A stretch of 64,000 bases of DNA. Source: Selaginella moellendorffii. Lineage: Eukaryota > Plantae > Lycopodiophyta. This document shows positions 1 through 11,419 of the stretch, piece by piece (the first letter of the stretch is position 1; each line of letters starts with the position of its first letter). Both the position numbers and the translations under genes were made by a program. The stretch lies in the NCBI RefSeq assembly GCF_000143415.4, contig NW_003314374.1:207225-271224 (forward strand), in the 5' to 3' direction. The notes under the pieces were generated by a model that was not told where the DNA came from, searched no databases, and saw only the letters and a program-made list of their open reading frames with translations.

Positions 1-2063
1 AGCATAACGCTACAAAAGAAAGGTACAAGGGTCACCTTTCTTAGAAAAGCGCAACGGCCACTTTCCTACACTAACTCCAGACTCTATCCAACTCAATTGC
101 CTTAGCCCCAAAAGTCAGCATCCCTTTCGGGTCGCATCATACAAACTACTTACTAAGGTTTAAGCCAACCGAAGCCAACTCCAACCCCTTCAATAGTTTG
201 TACTGGCTTACGAAAACGGAATGGTTTTCGAGCAAAATGACCAACAGATCAGCCATTGGAAAAGTCTAAGAAAATTTGTGGAAAATTTCCCATCCTAGAG
301 AAAGAATGACTCTCAGTCCAGGATTGCAAACTTTCAAGACTCAACCAACTTCCTCCTACAAACAACTTCACATAGGCTCACCTCAACACAAATTCTCATG
401 ATCCAAGAATACGTCTAAGCATCGAACATCTTTGCCCATTTAACCGTTATCTAACACCGATATCCGCAAAGTGCAAAATGAACATCCAAGGCTTGATCAC
501 GAAGACCACTTCTTCGGATATCCATATTGCACTAACACTCTTCTTCAATCACCTTCAAGATCCAATGTGAAGCCAAAACACTAACAAGAAAAATGACATG
601 GAAAAATCAAGGTCCAAGGAAAATTCCTCATCACTTGAAATAACAATGCCACTTCCACTAACACAAGTGCTAGTGATATCAATGCCCCAACTACACATCT
701 TCTCCATCCAACAATTTACTCCAAGTGCTAACGGATCAACCGACAAGCCATAGCAAGTAAATGCTATAACCCTTTTCCAACACTAATGGGCAAAACTCAA
801 GGAAACAAGGAACCAACTTAAGCTTAGCATAATGAACCACCACCAAGAATCCAGTCAAAGCTACTACAATGCTACTTCGTGCAAGTAGACTAGCTTCTCC
901 ATCCACCACTTTGGGGGTTGATCATCATTTATCCAAGCAACTTCGTAAACACATTGCTCATTATCACATGGATATGATATATAATCACAATGACTTGATC
1001 ATCAATTGAGTAACACAATGAGCAATGCCTATGTCATTACTTCAAACGTTTATGTGAGTATTAAATGCCAACTCGATTCGACAAAATGCAACATAAATGC
1101 CACACTCCACCAATAGAGGTTTACGACACCCAACACCACTAACTTTTGTTCACAACACAGACAAGCTCATGCCACTCTCTTTCCGACCAAACTCAACACT
1201 AATCCAACACCAAGCTACTCAAGGAGCAATAGCAAGGTTCCCCGGAAAAGAATTGAGCATTGCAACCCAAGTCTTCCAATAGCGAGCCTAGACAAAATGG
1301 TTTAGTGTTTCACCACTATCCATCCCATAACTCACCACTTGTAAGACCATCACTTCCAACATGCATCAAGGTAGGGACTCTTGATTGCATGATGTGAACA
1401 CAAGCAATGAGTTAACACCTCGTTGCAAATCATCTCTCCAAGAAGAGAAAATGATTTACGTATTTGATCCTCCGTCCCCGATGACTCTCTTTTCGATCTC
1501 ATCTTTGACCAAACCTCAAGCTTGCTTTCACACTGCCTTCAGTTCAATCCAAGAAAAGTTTATGAGAGAGCACGGCAATGATTACTTGAACCAATAGACT
1601 ATTCCCTACAATCTTGATTGATCCAATTATAATCATGCCTAGGAAGGATCCACTAGTGCCGTGCTAAACAGCTACGGACCAGCCTATTTGCCACTCATAG
1701 CAAACCCAGGTAGGTTTGCTTTCACCCATGGTACAAGGAATAACTCACGGAACCACTAATAGGCTAACATTAATCCTGCCAACTCAAAGCGTAACCTCGA
1801 GTTGCTAATGTGCCTCACTCACGAGCCCAAGCGCAAACTCGTGCTACTGGAACAACTCAAATCCATCTTATGAGCCCAAGAGTAAGCTCACATAATTACG
1901 GTACAAGAAGGTAACCGAATCCATACCCAAGGAACGATTGCGAAGTCTTTGCACCAAAACGTGTACCCACTCGGATCATCGTTTTCATCTCTGCGTATGC
2001 AACGAGACTAGTTGCCCAATCTCATTGAATAGTACTCGCTGAGACTCATTCTCTGATACCAAA
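1..2063 (-). mobile_element. Degenerate internal region (leader and presumed gag side) of an LTR retrotransposon, truncated by the window edge
   Basis: Lies directly downstream (minus strand) of LTR 2064-3192 and a tRNA-iMet PBS. Only short broken ORFs remain and I cannot read a confident domain. Confidence 0.6.
2051..2061 (-). other. Primer-binding site (tRNA-iMet), TGGTATCAGAG on minus strand
   Basis: Plus strand ctctgatacca sits 2 nt from the LTR terminus at 2064. Confidence 0.85.
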
Positions 2064-3192
2064 TGTAGCGCACGTGGTTTTGACCCTTTATCCTATGGTG
2101 ATTTACCATAGGATAACACCACGAAGCGGAACCTAAACCCTCTTTGTGCCACGTGACAGATGCCACGTGTCCATGCCACGTGTCCATAGGAACCCGAGGT
2201 TCAGGGCCTTGGGCCACTGAACGAATGAACGGTGCCAAACTCCCAAGCATGGAGCCAAGGAGTGATGGAACCGAACCACGGAGCAACTCCCAAGCATACA
2301 GCCCAAGGAGCGAAGGGACAGGGGCCCGGAGCGACTTGGACCAATCCTAGAGCAACCAGCATCCCAATGCCAGGACCAGCACGCAAAACGGAGCCAAACG
2401 GAGTCTGGCGCTATTTCGGCATACCAGTGGCCTTACGCGAGGATATGGGTACTCCACCAACTAGCATGGAATGGAACTTGGGCTTAGACCCAAGCCGGAC
2501 GCAGAACAAAGACAGGCACGCAAGCGGGAGCTAGACTATGCCTCAGGTTGGTCGGCCATGCCCGACCTACCCACTATCCCTACTATACATTTGGAACCCC
2601 CCATAGCCCCCCCCCCTTGAGGAACACACGCTTTGGGCTTTCACCCCAAGCCTCCCTTAGTATCAGGAGTTAGTCTCTGGGACAAGCTCGAAACTTACTA
2701 ATTATGGAATGTCCCTAGATTGCGAATTTGGACACGGGACGAACACCATTGTGTTCAGGACGATCTCTACATTCCGTAGATATGCCAAATGAGCAAATCT
2801 GGACACTTTCCATAAATAGCATTTGGGACGAATTAAGACTAACACAAAGGGCATGATAGCGAGGGTGTTTGGCAGACACGGTAAGCTATCATTTAGCGAT
2901 GTTGAGGGACCAATCTCAATATCGCGGGGGTTCTTGATACTAGCAAGTGCAAGCCAATGACACAAGTTTCTCAAACCAGGCCGAGTATGCTCAGCAAGAA
3001 ACACATAGGGTTCCTACCTTATGTTTATCCAATCTAAGTGCATGTTCATTGACCAGTTTCTCAACTAGTTCAAGTGGGAACTGATAACGGGTCCAGCAAT
3101 ACCGACCTCCTGCCATCGTGGCAGCAAGGTAAGAGTGTCCGTAAGGACTGGCCGACAGGTAACTTTCGATACATGAAGTCACATTCGCGACA
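2064..3192 (-). repeat. LTR1 (~1.13 kb), 5' LTR of the left-hand element
   Basis: TG...CA termini (tgtagcg...tcgcgaca) and adjacent PBS. About 2410-3192 aligns by eye with LTR2 (3225-4128), while the ~350 bp next to the PBS differs (different subfamily). Confidence 0.85.
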
Positions 3193-3224
3193 GGATTATA
3201 GTTATGAAATTCCAGCTCTTCAAA

Positions 3225-4128
3225 TGTAGCGCACTTGAATTTGGAGCCGAACTCCAAGCTCGTTGCACTATGAAACCAGGGTTTAGTACAATCCTACGAG
3301 CACCAACTCCCCGTATTCAACACCTGCATGCAAAATGGTGTCAGACGGTGTCTGGCATAATTTTGGCATACCAGTGGCTTAACGTGAGGAGGAGGGTACC
3401 CCACTGACTAAAGTAGCGTGGAGCTTAGGCTTAGACTTAAGCCAGACACAAAACAAGGAGCGACACAGCCCAGCAGGAGTGAAACTAATGTCTTAAGTGG
3501 TCAGACATGCATTCCAACCACTATCCCTACTATACATTTGGAACCCCTTACCCCCCTTTAGGGAACACATGCTTTGGGCTTTCACCCCAAGCCTCCCTTA
3601 GTACTAGAAGTTAGTCTTTGGGACAAACTTGAAACTTACTAAATATGGAATGTCCCTAGATTATGAATTTAGACATGGGACAAACACCATTATGTTTAGG
3701 CCAATCTCTACATTTCGTAGATATGCCAAATGAGTGAATCCAAACACTTTCCATAAATAGCATTTGGGACCGAAATGAGACTAACACAAAGGGCATGATA
3801 GTGAGAATATTTAGCAAACACAGTAAGTTATCATTTAGCGAATATTGAGGGACTATTCTCAATATCGCAGGGGTTCCCAACACTAGTAAGTGCAAGCCAA
3901 CAACATGAGTTTCTCGTCATCATGTCAAATATGTTTAACTTAATGACAACTTAGGATTTCCTTCCTTAGTGCTCTTCCGGTCTAAGTGCACATGTGTTGA
4001 CCAGTTTCTCAATTAGCTTGGGTGGAGACCGTAAAGACCAACCTCCTATCGTCGTAGCAGTAAAGAAAGAGTGTCTGTAAGGACTGGCCGACAAGTATCT
4101 TTTGATACCCGAAGTCACATTCGCAACA
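3225..4128 (-). repeat. LTR2 (~0.9 kb), 3' LTR of the chromovirus
   Basis: tgtagcgcac...tcgcaaca, immediately preceded (minus strand) by a PPT. Homologous to LTR1 and LTR3. Confidence 0.88.
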
Positions 4129-4769
4129 CTCTCCCCCCCTTGGGGAAGATCGACATCCTCATCAAGGCATACCCGAGTTTAGCAAATTGTCAAGGAAACA
4201 ACTTCAAAAGTTAACGAAAAGCACCTTATATGAGAAACATATCAACTTAAATGAGTTATGGAACGACCTCTCCTCTACGTCCAAAGACGTTATGACTTAG
4301 ACACCCTCCGGCTGTCACCGATAAAGAAATGACTAACGGAGTTAGCCACCCTTGCAACTCCAAGTACCACTTGGCTTACAAAGGAATGATACATCCCTGC
4401 CCACAGGGATATAGGGAGAGCTAGAGGCCCAACTTCCCTTGAGCAAGAAATCAACCTTGTTGGGAAGATTTAGACAACTATTATAAATTGGCAAATGAAG
4501 TTGTTTACACGATCACGCCCCTTTTATAAAAATGAGTCATCGAAAGAGAGGCAGGGACTTGTGATCAGACTATAATAGTTATCCCCATGGTTATGGATTG
4601 GATCCATGCACCGAAGTGCCAAAATCAAGCTGCCAAAACTGACCCAAGTACTAACGAATGAGAGAAACAAAACTTTGATTTATAAAAAGATATTACTTTC
4701 TTGATTTGCAAGATTTATTACAAGATTTACAAAACTATTCTTTATTATGATTCTTATACTCCATGACAA

Positions 4770-7700
4770 GCTCACGACCATGTGTAAAATTCTTAAAAGG
4801 CTCCCAAGTTTATTCACAAGATGGGTAACCTTTCCACTTAACTAAATATTCTTTGGTTTGACCACTATGTGCTTTACGAGACAAAAGAATAGCCTCAACC
4901 TCATACTCCAGTTCACCATCAATAACATCTGGAGCTGGACGAACATCCCTAGAGTGGCCAGGATCCTCATGATATGGGGCCAGTAAATTGACATAAAACA
5001 CATCATGAAGTTTGGACATCTCTTGTGGAATATCCAACTGATAGGATATATCACCAAGTCATTTCAACACCTGATAGGGTCCAACATATCTTGGTAATAG
5101 CTTCCGAGACAAAGATCCTTTAACATTCAAGTTTCGGGAAGATAGTCACACCTGATCTCCCACTTGATAGGATACATCCCGACGATGATGATCCTTATCA
5201 CATCGATACCTATTTTGAGCTTTGCCCATCACCTCAGGAGCTCTAGACCAACCTTGGCGTAGCTGCTCCGCATAAGTCTCAACAGCTGGGACCAACACTT
5301 TGGACATTGGTTTCAGTACAACAATTTGTTAAGGCACACCACAAACATTCCCTTAGAGCATCTCCTATGGAGAACAGCCAATAGCACTATGAAATGTGTT
5401 GTTATAACAAATTTCTGTTGTATCCAAATGCTCAACCCAGTCGCGTTGGTCCACCATGACATAGTACCATAGATAATCCTCAACTTGAGCATTCACGCGT
5501 TTGGTCTGCCAATCAGTTTGAGGATAAACTTCAATTTGGTACCTAACAACTAGAACAGTGTGCCCCAAAACTTCCCCGTAAACCTCGAATCTCTATCTGA
5601 GATCATCTCTTTAGGAAGACCACAAACTCGTATTACTTCATGGAAAAAGATCTTTGCTACTTGGTTTGCATTCACTGTTTCCACGGTTGGAATGATGTGT
5701 GCAACTTTCGACAACTGATCCACAACCACCATCAAAGTATCATAACCTTTAGACTTCAGTAAGCAAGTGACGAAATCAAGTCTCACACTTTGAAATGGCC
5801 ATACCGGTGCTAGAATGCACTACAACTTTCTAGCTTGCGTCTCAGTTTTGTGCTTACATTGATGGCATATAGGTTAAGAACAAACATAATCCGCTACATC
5901 ACCTTCCATACCAGACCAAAAAAATCCTTTTTTCAATGAAGCAAGAGTCTTGTGTTTTCCACCATGTCCCGCTGCCGGAACATCATGATGTTCCCGCAGA
6001 AACAACTACTGCAGATCCTTTGAGGGAAGGTATAATCTCTCTTGCTTATAGAATATAAACCCATCCCAAACTGAGAAGTGAAGCTTCGACTAGCAATTTT
6101 CACCGCTTCGCTACTAGCGTCTTGCTTGAACAACTCCATAAGGTGCAAGATTGCCTTCGCTAATGGATCATTTCCATACAAAGCCCAAATGTCCTCCAAC
6201 CAATCTGAACTGATTGTTGATATTGCCCGAAACTGAGCCAAATGACTCAATGCATCTGGAACAATATTATCTTTACCAAGTTTATATATGATTTCAATAT
6301 CATATATAGCAAGCTTTTTTTGCCAACAAGCCTACTTCGGCGTAAGTTTTGGCTTTATAGCAAAGTAGCTTAGTGTGTTACTATCCATATAAACCTTGGT
6401 ATGTCCACCCAAATAGTGTTTCTAGTGTTCCAGTGTCGACATTATAGCAAACATCTCTTTGTTGGGTTTTATCCAATTTCTTGGAATAGAACACAATGGG
6501 ACAACCATGTCGCCTTAGTGTAACACCAACCACTTTGTCACAATCTTGCTGTAACACGGCACCAATAGCATAGCTAGATGTGTCATAATACACTTCGAAA
6601 GGTTTATCAAGATTTAGGATCTTAAGAATAGGAACCATAGTCAAGATCTCCTTCAACTATACAAAAACATGCTGATAAGCTAGTGTCCAATGAAATGGTA
6701 TACTACTCTTCGTTAACTCAGTCAATGGAAGAGCAATTCTTTCAAAATTGTGGACAAACTTGCAATAGTATCCCTCTAAACCGAGAAAGGAATGAACATT
6801 TGATACAATGGTCAAGACTTCACAGGACTTCACCGCTTCTAACATCTTTGGATCCATTTCAATTATGCCTCCACCAACTATATATCCGAGAAAGTTTACG
6901 TGCAATTGTCCAAAAGAGCATTTATTTTCCTTAGCATACAATTTGTGTTCGCGGAACTTCTGAAACACCATCTCCAAGTGTTTCAAATGGTCCTCTAATA
7001 TTTCACTAAAGACTAGAATATTGTAGATATATAAGACAACAAATGTGTCCAAATAATCTCTGAATATTCTATCCATTATAGTGCTAAACGTTGCTGGAGC
7101 ATTGCATAACCCAAATGGCATGACAAGGAACTCATAAGATCCATATCGAGTCTTAAAGGCTATCTTCTCCACATTCTGATCTGCCACCCATATCTGATGA
7201 TAAAATCAAGTCGCGTAAAATACTTAGCCTTTAAGAGTTGGTCAAACAAGTCATCAATGCGAGGCAAAGGATAATTGTTTTTGACTGTGATCTTGTTGAG
7301 TGCCCGATAGTTAATATACATTCTTATGGTTCCATTCGTCTTCATAACAGAAAGGACCGGTGCTCCATAAGGTGATTTGTTAGGTTGGATATGACCTTTG
7401 TCAAGAAGCTCCGTGAGTTGCTTCTTGAGTTCAGCCATCTCCTTGATGTTCAAACGATATGAAACTTTCATAGATGTTTTAGAACCCAGAATAACTTCAA
7501 TCCAATGATCAACCTCATGACTAGGAGGTAGCCCTAGCGGCAAATCCTTTAGGAAGATATCCTGATTTTGTGCCAACAACTCCAATATCTTCTTTGGTAC
7601 AAGATCAACCCCGTCACCAATTCAAACTGAGTCACTTACACCCTTAGCCTCCATCACTTGAACCCAAAAGGTTTGACATCCCTTCTTAGTTACTTTTTGA

Positions 7701-9367
7701 GTGGCTCTCGTAGTTAGGAACTTAGCATCCTAATCATTTGAGGAGCGCTTTTGCAACTGGAAAGATATATTGGGATGTCCTTCTGACTTCAATATAATAC
7801 GACTTTGTCCAGCACCATAAATCCCTTTAATATATTCGTTGAAGAAATCTATACCAAACACTATTTGAAAATCTGGTATCTTCAACATTACCAAGTCCAC
7901 TCTTTCTTTTCAGTTGGATATTTTTATTGGAATATCACTCACAAATTTTCTGGCTACTTGCCCACCTTCCGCAAATTGGAAGTGTATACGCAACATTTGT
8001 TCAGCATTCAATCTTAACAACTTAACTAAATCTTCGGATATCATATTGTGCATAGCTCCCATGTCAATCATCACTTGGATTCGGTGTCTATAGACAAAAC
8101 CTACTAGATACATCAACAAATTAGTGTTTGCATTGATTATGATAAAAACATGAGGAAAGCAACAAAAGTAACCCACCTCCTCTTCCTCATAATTAACCAA
8201 CTCATCAACCCTTTTAGCTTCACCACCATTGTTTTCCCTCATGACATTAACACCTATCTTATGCTTGTTGGGACATTCCAAGGACTTATGTCCTGACTCT
8301 CTACAATGGAAACAATGACTCACACTACCTGTTCTACTAGGAATAGGTTTCACAGGTTGCTACTGCTTGTATCCACCAGGAGGAGGAATAGAGGGCCTAG
8401 GACCAAAAGAAGCTGCTGGTGGTCTCCAACCACCACCACCTTTGTTAACCGTTGCTTGTGAGCCTCCAGGGCAGAACCTACCTTCCACCCTCTGTTTCTG
8501 ATCACCTTGTTTATTCCTAAAATTCCTATTCTTGTCTGAGGTACTAGTATACGGCTGCTGATATTGTTCTATGAGCGAGTAACTAAAGGCAACATGTTGC
8601 GTTGCCTCCTTACACTTCAGGTATGTCTTTGGCTTAAACTTCAAAATCTCATTGCGAGAAAGTGAACTTAAACCTTTCAGAAAATAACTTCGAGCATCTT
8701 TGTCACTTATATTTGCAATCATAATGCGCTTCTGAGCAAACCCATTAATGTAATACATGAGGTGCTTTAACCACCACAGCTCCACGCGAAGTCTCAGACC
8801 AAGATCATCCGGCAAGTATTCCTTATGGATATGAGACCACATCTTGCTCCAACTTCTAGTTTGCCCTTTTTCAGCACACACCTGGCGCCACCAAGTTTTG
8901 GCATGATTGGTGAGAAAGTATTGTATGCACGCAACTTTCATACGATCATCTATGTCTACCACTATGAAATAGTTTTCCATATCGTAGACTCAATCTTCCA
9001 AAACCTATTAGTCCCACATGCCTATGAAATTAGGTGGTTTCGAAGGCTTGAACTTTGAAACTCATGCAACTAGGGGCGATTGCAAAACTTCATCATCCTT
9101 AGAACTTGAAGAGGAGTCCAGTTGCTTAGGTTTAGCTGGTTTAGTTGCCTCAGCTTCTTTTTTCCTTTTCTTGTTCAATTTGCGAACTTCCCTTCGCAAA
9201 TTCTCAATTTCAACTTCTTAAGCCATATGCTACAGTGTTGCAGCATCTAGCTCTTCCTCTTCTGACTCAGCCTCAGCCTCTTTTACAACATCTCTAACAA
9301 GAGATTCCTCCTCCTGATTCGCCTATTTAGAGGTTTCAGCATCATCAACATGGTTCCTTTTCACCAT
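4770..9367 (-). pseudogene. gag-pol polyprotein remnant with chromodomain (many stops and frameshifts)
   Basis: Gag-like 8360-8980; Zn knuckle CFHCRESGHKSLEC; protease MIDMGA; RT SPYGAPVL / YRALNK / PLPRIDDL / VMPFGLCNAPATF with YxDD decayed to YIYN; RNase H DTSSYAIGAVL; integrase DFVT / SDRDSRF / YPQTD; chromodomain EYEVEAIL...EYLVKWKGY. Confidence 0.93.
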
Positions 9368-9558
9368 CTCACTAGCTGCATGAATGCTTCTATCAGTAAC
9401 TGAACATGCATACAACATTCTTATTGAATGGTGCAATCCAACTAATTCTACACAGGTCACTTCGGATCTACTAAAAAAGTCTCTGCATATGCAACTTGAG
9501 TTAGAAAATTTGACAAAAATTGAATAAGAATTGTTGAGATAATTCTTCTGATACCAAA

Positions 9559-10161
9559 TGTAGCACACATGAATTTGGAGCCGAACTCCAAACCTATTGC
9601 GCTACAAAACAAGGATCCGGTACAGTCCCACAAGCATTAGCTCCCCATATCCAACACTTACAGACAAAATGGTGTCAAACGGTGTCTAGCACAATTTTGG
9701 CATACCAATGGCATAACACAAGGAGAAGGGTACCCCACCGACTAGAGCAGTGTAGAGTTTGGGCTTAGACCCAAGTCAAATGCAGAACAAGGAGTGACAC
9801 AGTCTAGTGGGATAAGGCATGATAGCGAGGGTGTTTGATAAACACGATAAGCTATTATGTAGCGCTATTGAGGGACTAAACTCAATATATGAGGGTTTTT
9901 GCCAAGCTAGTGCATGATAGAGCAAAAGAGAATTAACAAGTTGGGCCAAGTGTGCTTGGCTAAATAAACATTTAGGAATTCCTTCCTTATGTTCATTTGA
10001 CCAAATACAGATATTAAGTCCAGTTTACTAACATTTGGACAAGAGGGGCTAATAAAAGGAATTAATAGTACCGGTGTTCTGCCATCATGGCAATAAAGAG
10101 AGAGTGTTTGTAAGGATTGGCTAACAAGTATCTTTCGATACCCAAAGTTATATTCGCGACA
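9559..10161 (-). repeat. LTR3 (~0.6 kb, internally deleted relative to LTR2)
   Basis: tgtagcacac...tcgcgaca, followed by a PBS on the minus strand. Lacks ~300 bp present in LTR2 (junction near 9815). Confidence 0.85.
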
Positions 10162-10461
10162 CTCTCCCCCCCTTAGGGAAGATTAATGTCCTCGTCAATG
10201 CATATATAGGTTTAACAAACTGTTAAGGAAACAACTTCGAAAATTAACAAAAAGCATATTATATAGGAAACACACCGACTTAAATGAGTTATAGAACTAC
10301 TTCTCCTTTACATCCAAAGATATTAACACGTATACAACCTCCGGTTGTCGCTAACAAGGAAATGACTAACAAAGTTAACCACCCTTACTGTTCCAAGTAC
10401 TACTTAGCTTACAAAGGAATGATACATCCCTACCCACAAGGATATAGAGAGAGAGCTAGAG
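10162..10461 (-). mobile_element. Second copy of PPT plus 3' UTR of the same gypsy family, abutting LTR3
   Basis: Collinear with 4129-4425 (ctctcccccc...gagagctagag). Ends exactly where the TRIM begins. Confidence 0.85.
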
Positions 10462-11094
10462 TGTACCGCATGTGATCATGGGATGAGATTTGAATATAAT
10501 GTCACCGTCAATCTTTGGAACCTTGAGGGATAAATGGGGATAAAATAGCCACTAAGGGCTCTTTCATCAAGCAATTGCCCCTTTTCCAATTGGCTTAAAG
10601 GGAGAGATAGGGTGCGTTATAGTTGGTATCGGAGCAAATGGCACGAATTCAATTCCCATTGATTAGTGGCTATTTAAAAATATAATATACCCTTGAGCAA
10701 GGTATATTCCTACCCATAAATTTGAAATCGTACATATTGGGCATTCATACGTACATCTTTCCTCTTGTGTGAAGTATCCACTATGGGATTGTAGTACGGG
10801 TGGATGACTAGTTGCCTTACATGGAATAGTTAGTCTACATAATGGAAGGATTGGTAGATTTAGTGCAGAAATGGAGGTGCTAATTCCCCTTGGTTCAGTA
10901 AGGGTTGTTAGTCAATAGTCAATGAAGACATTGATATTTCTAAAGGGGGGGTGAGTGTAACGTATGTGATCATGGAATGAGATTTGGATATACTGTCACC
11001 GTGAATCCTTAGAATCTTGGGGGATAAATAGGGATAAAAATAACCATTAAAGGCTCTCTCATCAAGCAATTGCCCTTTTTCCAATTGGCTTAAA
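10462..11094 (+). mobile_element. TRIM (terminal-repeat retrotransposon in miniature), 3' LTR truncated
   Basis: 5' LTR 10462-10621 (tgtaccgca...tgcgttata), PBS tggtatcggagc 10624-10635, ~330 bp non-coding interior, PPT aaagggggggtgag 10942-10955, second LTR copy 10956-11094. Confidence 0.85.
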
Positions 11095-11419
11095 TATAGC
11101 AACGCTAAAATCACTTTTTGGGTGGATGAAAAGTGACCAGGCAAAGGCAATCAAAGCACCATGATGTGTGTTACGTTTCCTCTTCTGGGAGCATCCTAGA
11201 GATGGGAAAAAAAAAAAGAAAAACTTGCTCTTTAGAGAATATTCTTGCTTTCCCTGATATAGGAAATGGAATGTAAGAACCCTAAAATCACAGGGTTAGG
11301 GAGAGAGTGCAATGGCGTGGGGGAAATCGATGCAGCAGCTTCTGTCGGGATCACTGGAATTTGTGCCACCAGGGTCTGCGCCACCAAAGTTTGATGTGTG
11401 CACCAATCTCCTAAGACTC

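Larger units (their letters stand above)
3225..10161 (-). mobile_element. Degenerate full-length Ty3/gypsy chromovirus-type LTR retrotransposon
   Basis: LTRs at 9559-10161 and 3225-4128, PBS at 9547-9556 (TGGTATCAGA), PPT at 4129-4140 (AGGGGGGGAGAG on minus). Domain order gag-PR-RT-RH-IN-chromodomain. Confidence 0.93.

Noticed and set aside
10284-10475. Antisense ORF in the gypsy 3' UTR
   Set aside because: The homologous copy at ~4251 has an in-frame stop and there is no recognisable domain.
10790-10810. gtagtacgggtggatgac resembling the 5S rRNA C-box (Cassandra TRIM)
   Set aside because: Short gapped match located in the internal region rather than the LTRs, with no A-box or wider 5S similarity.
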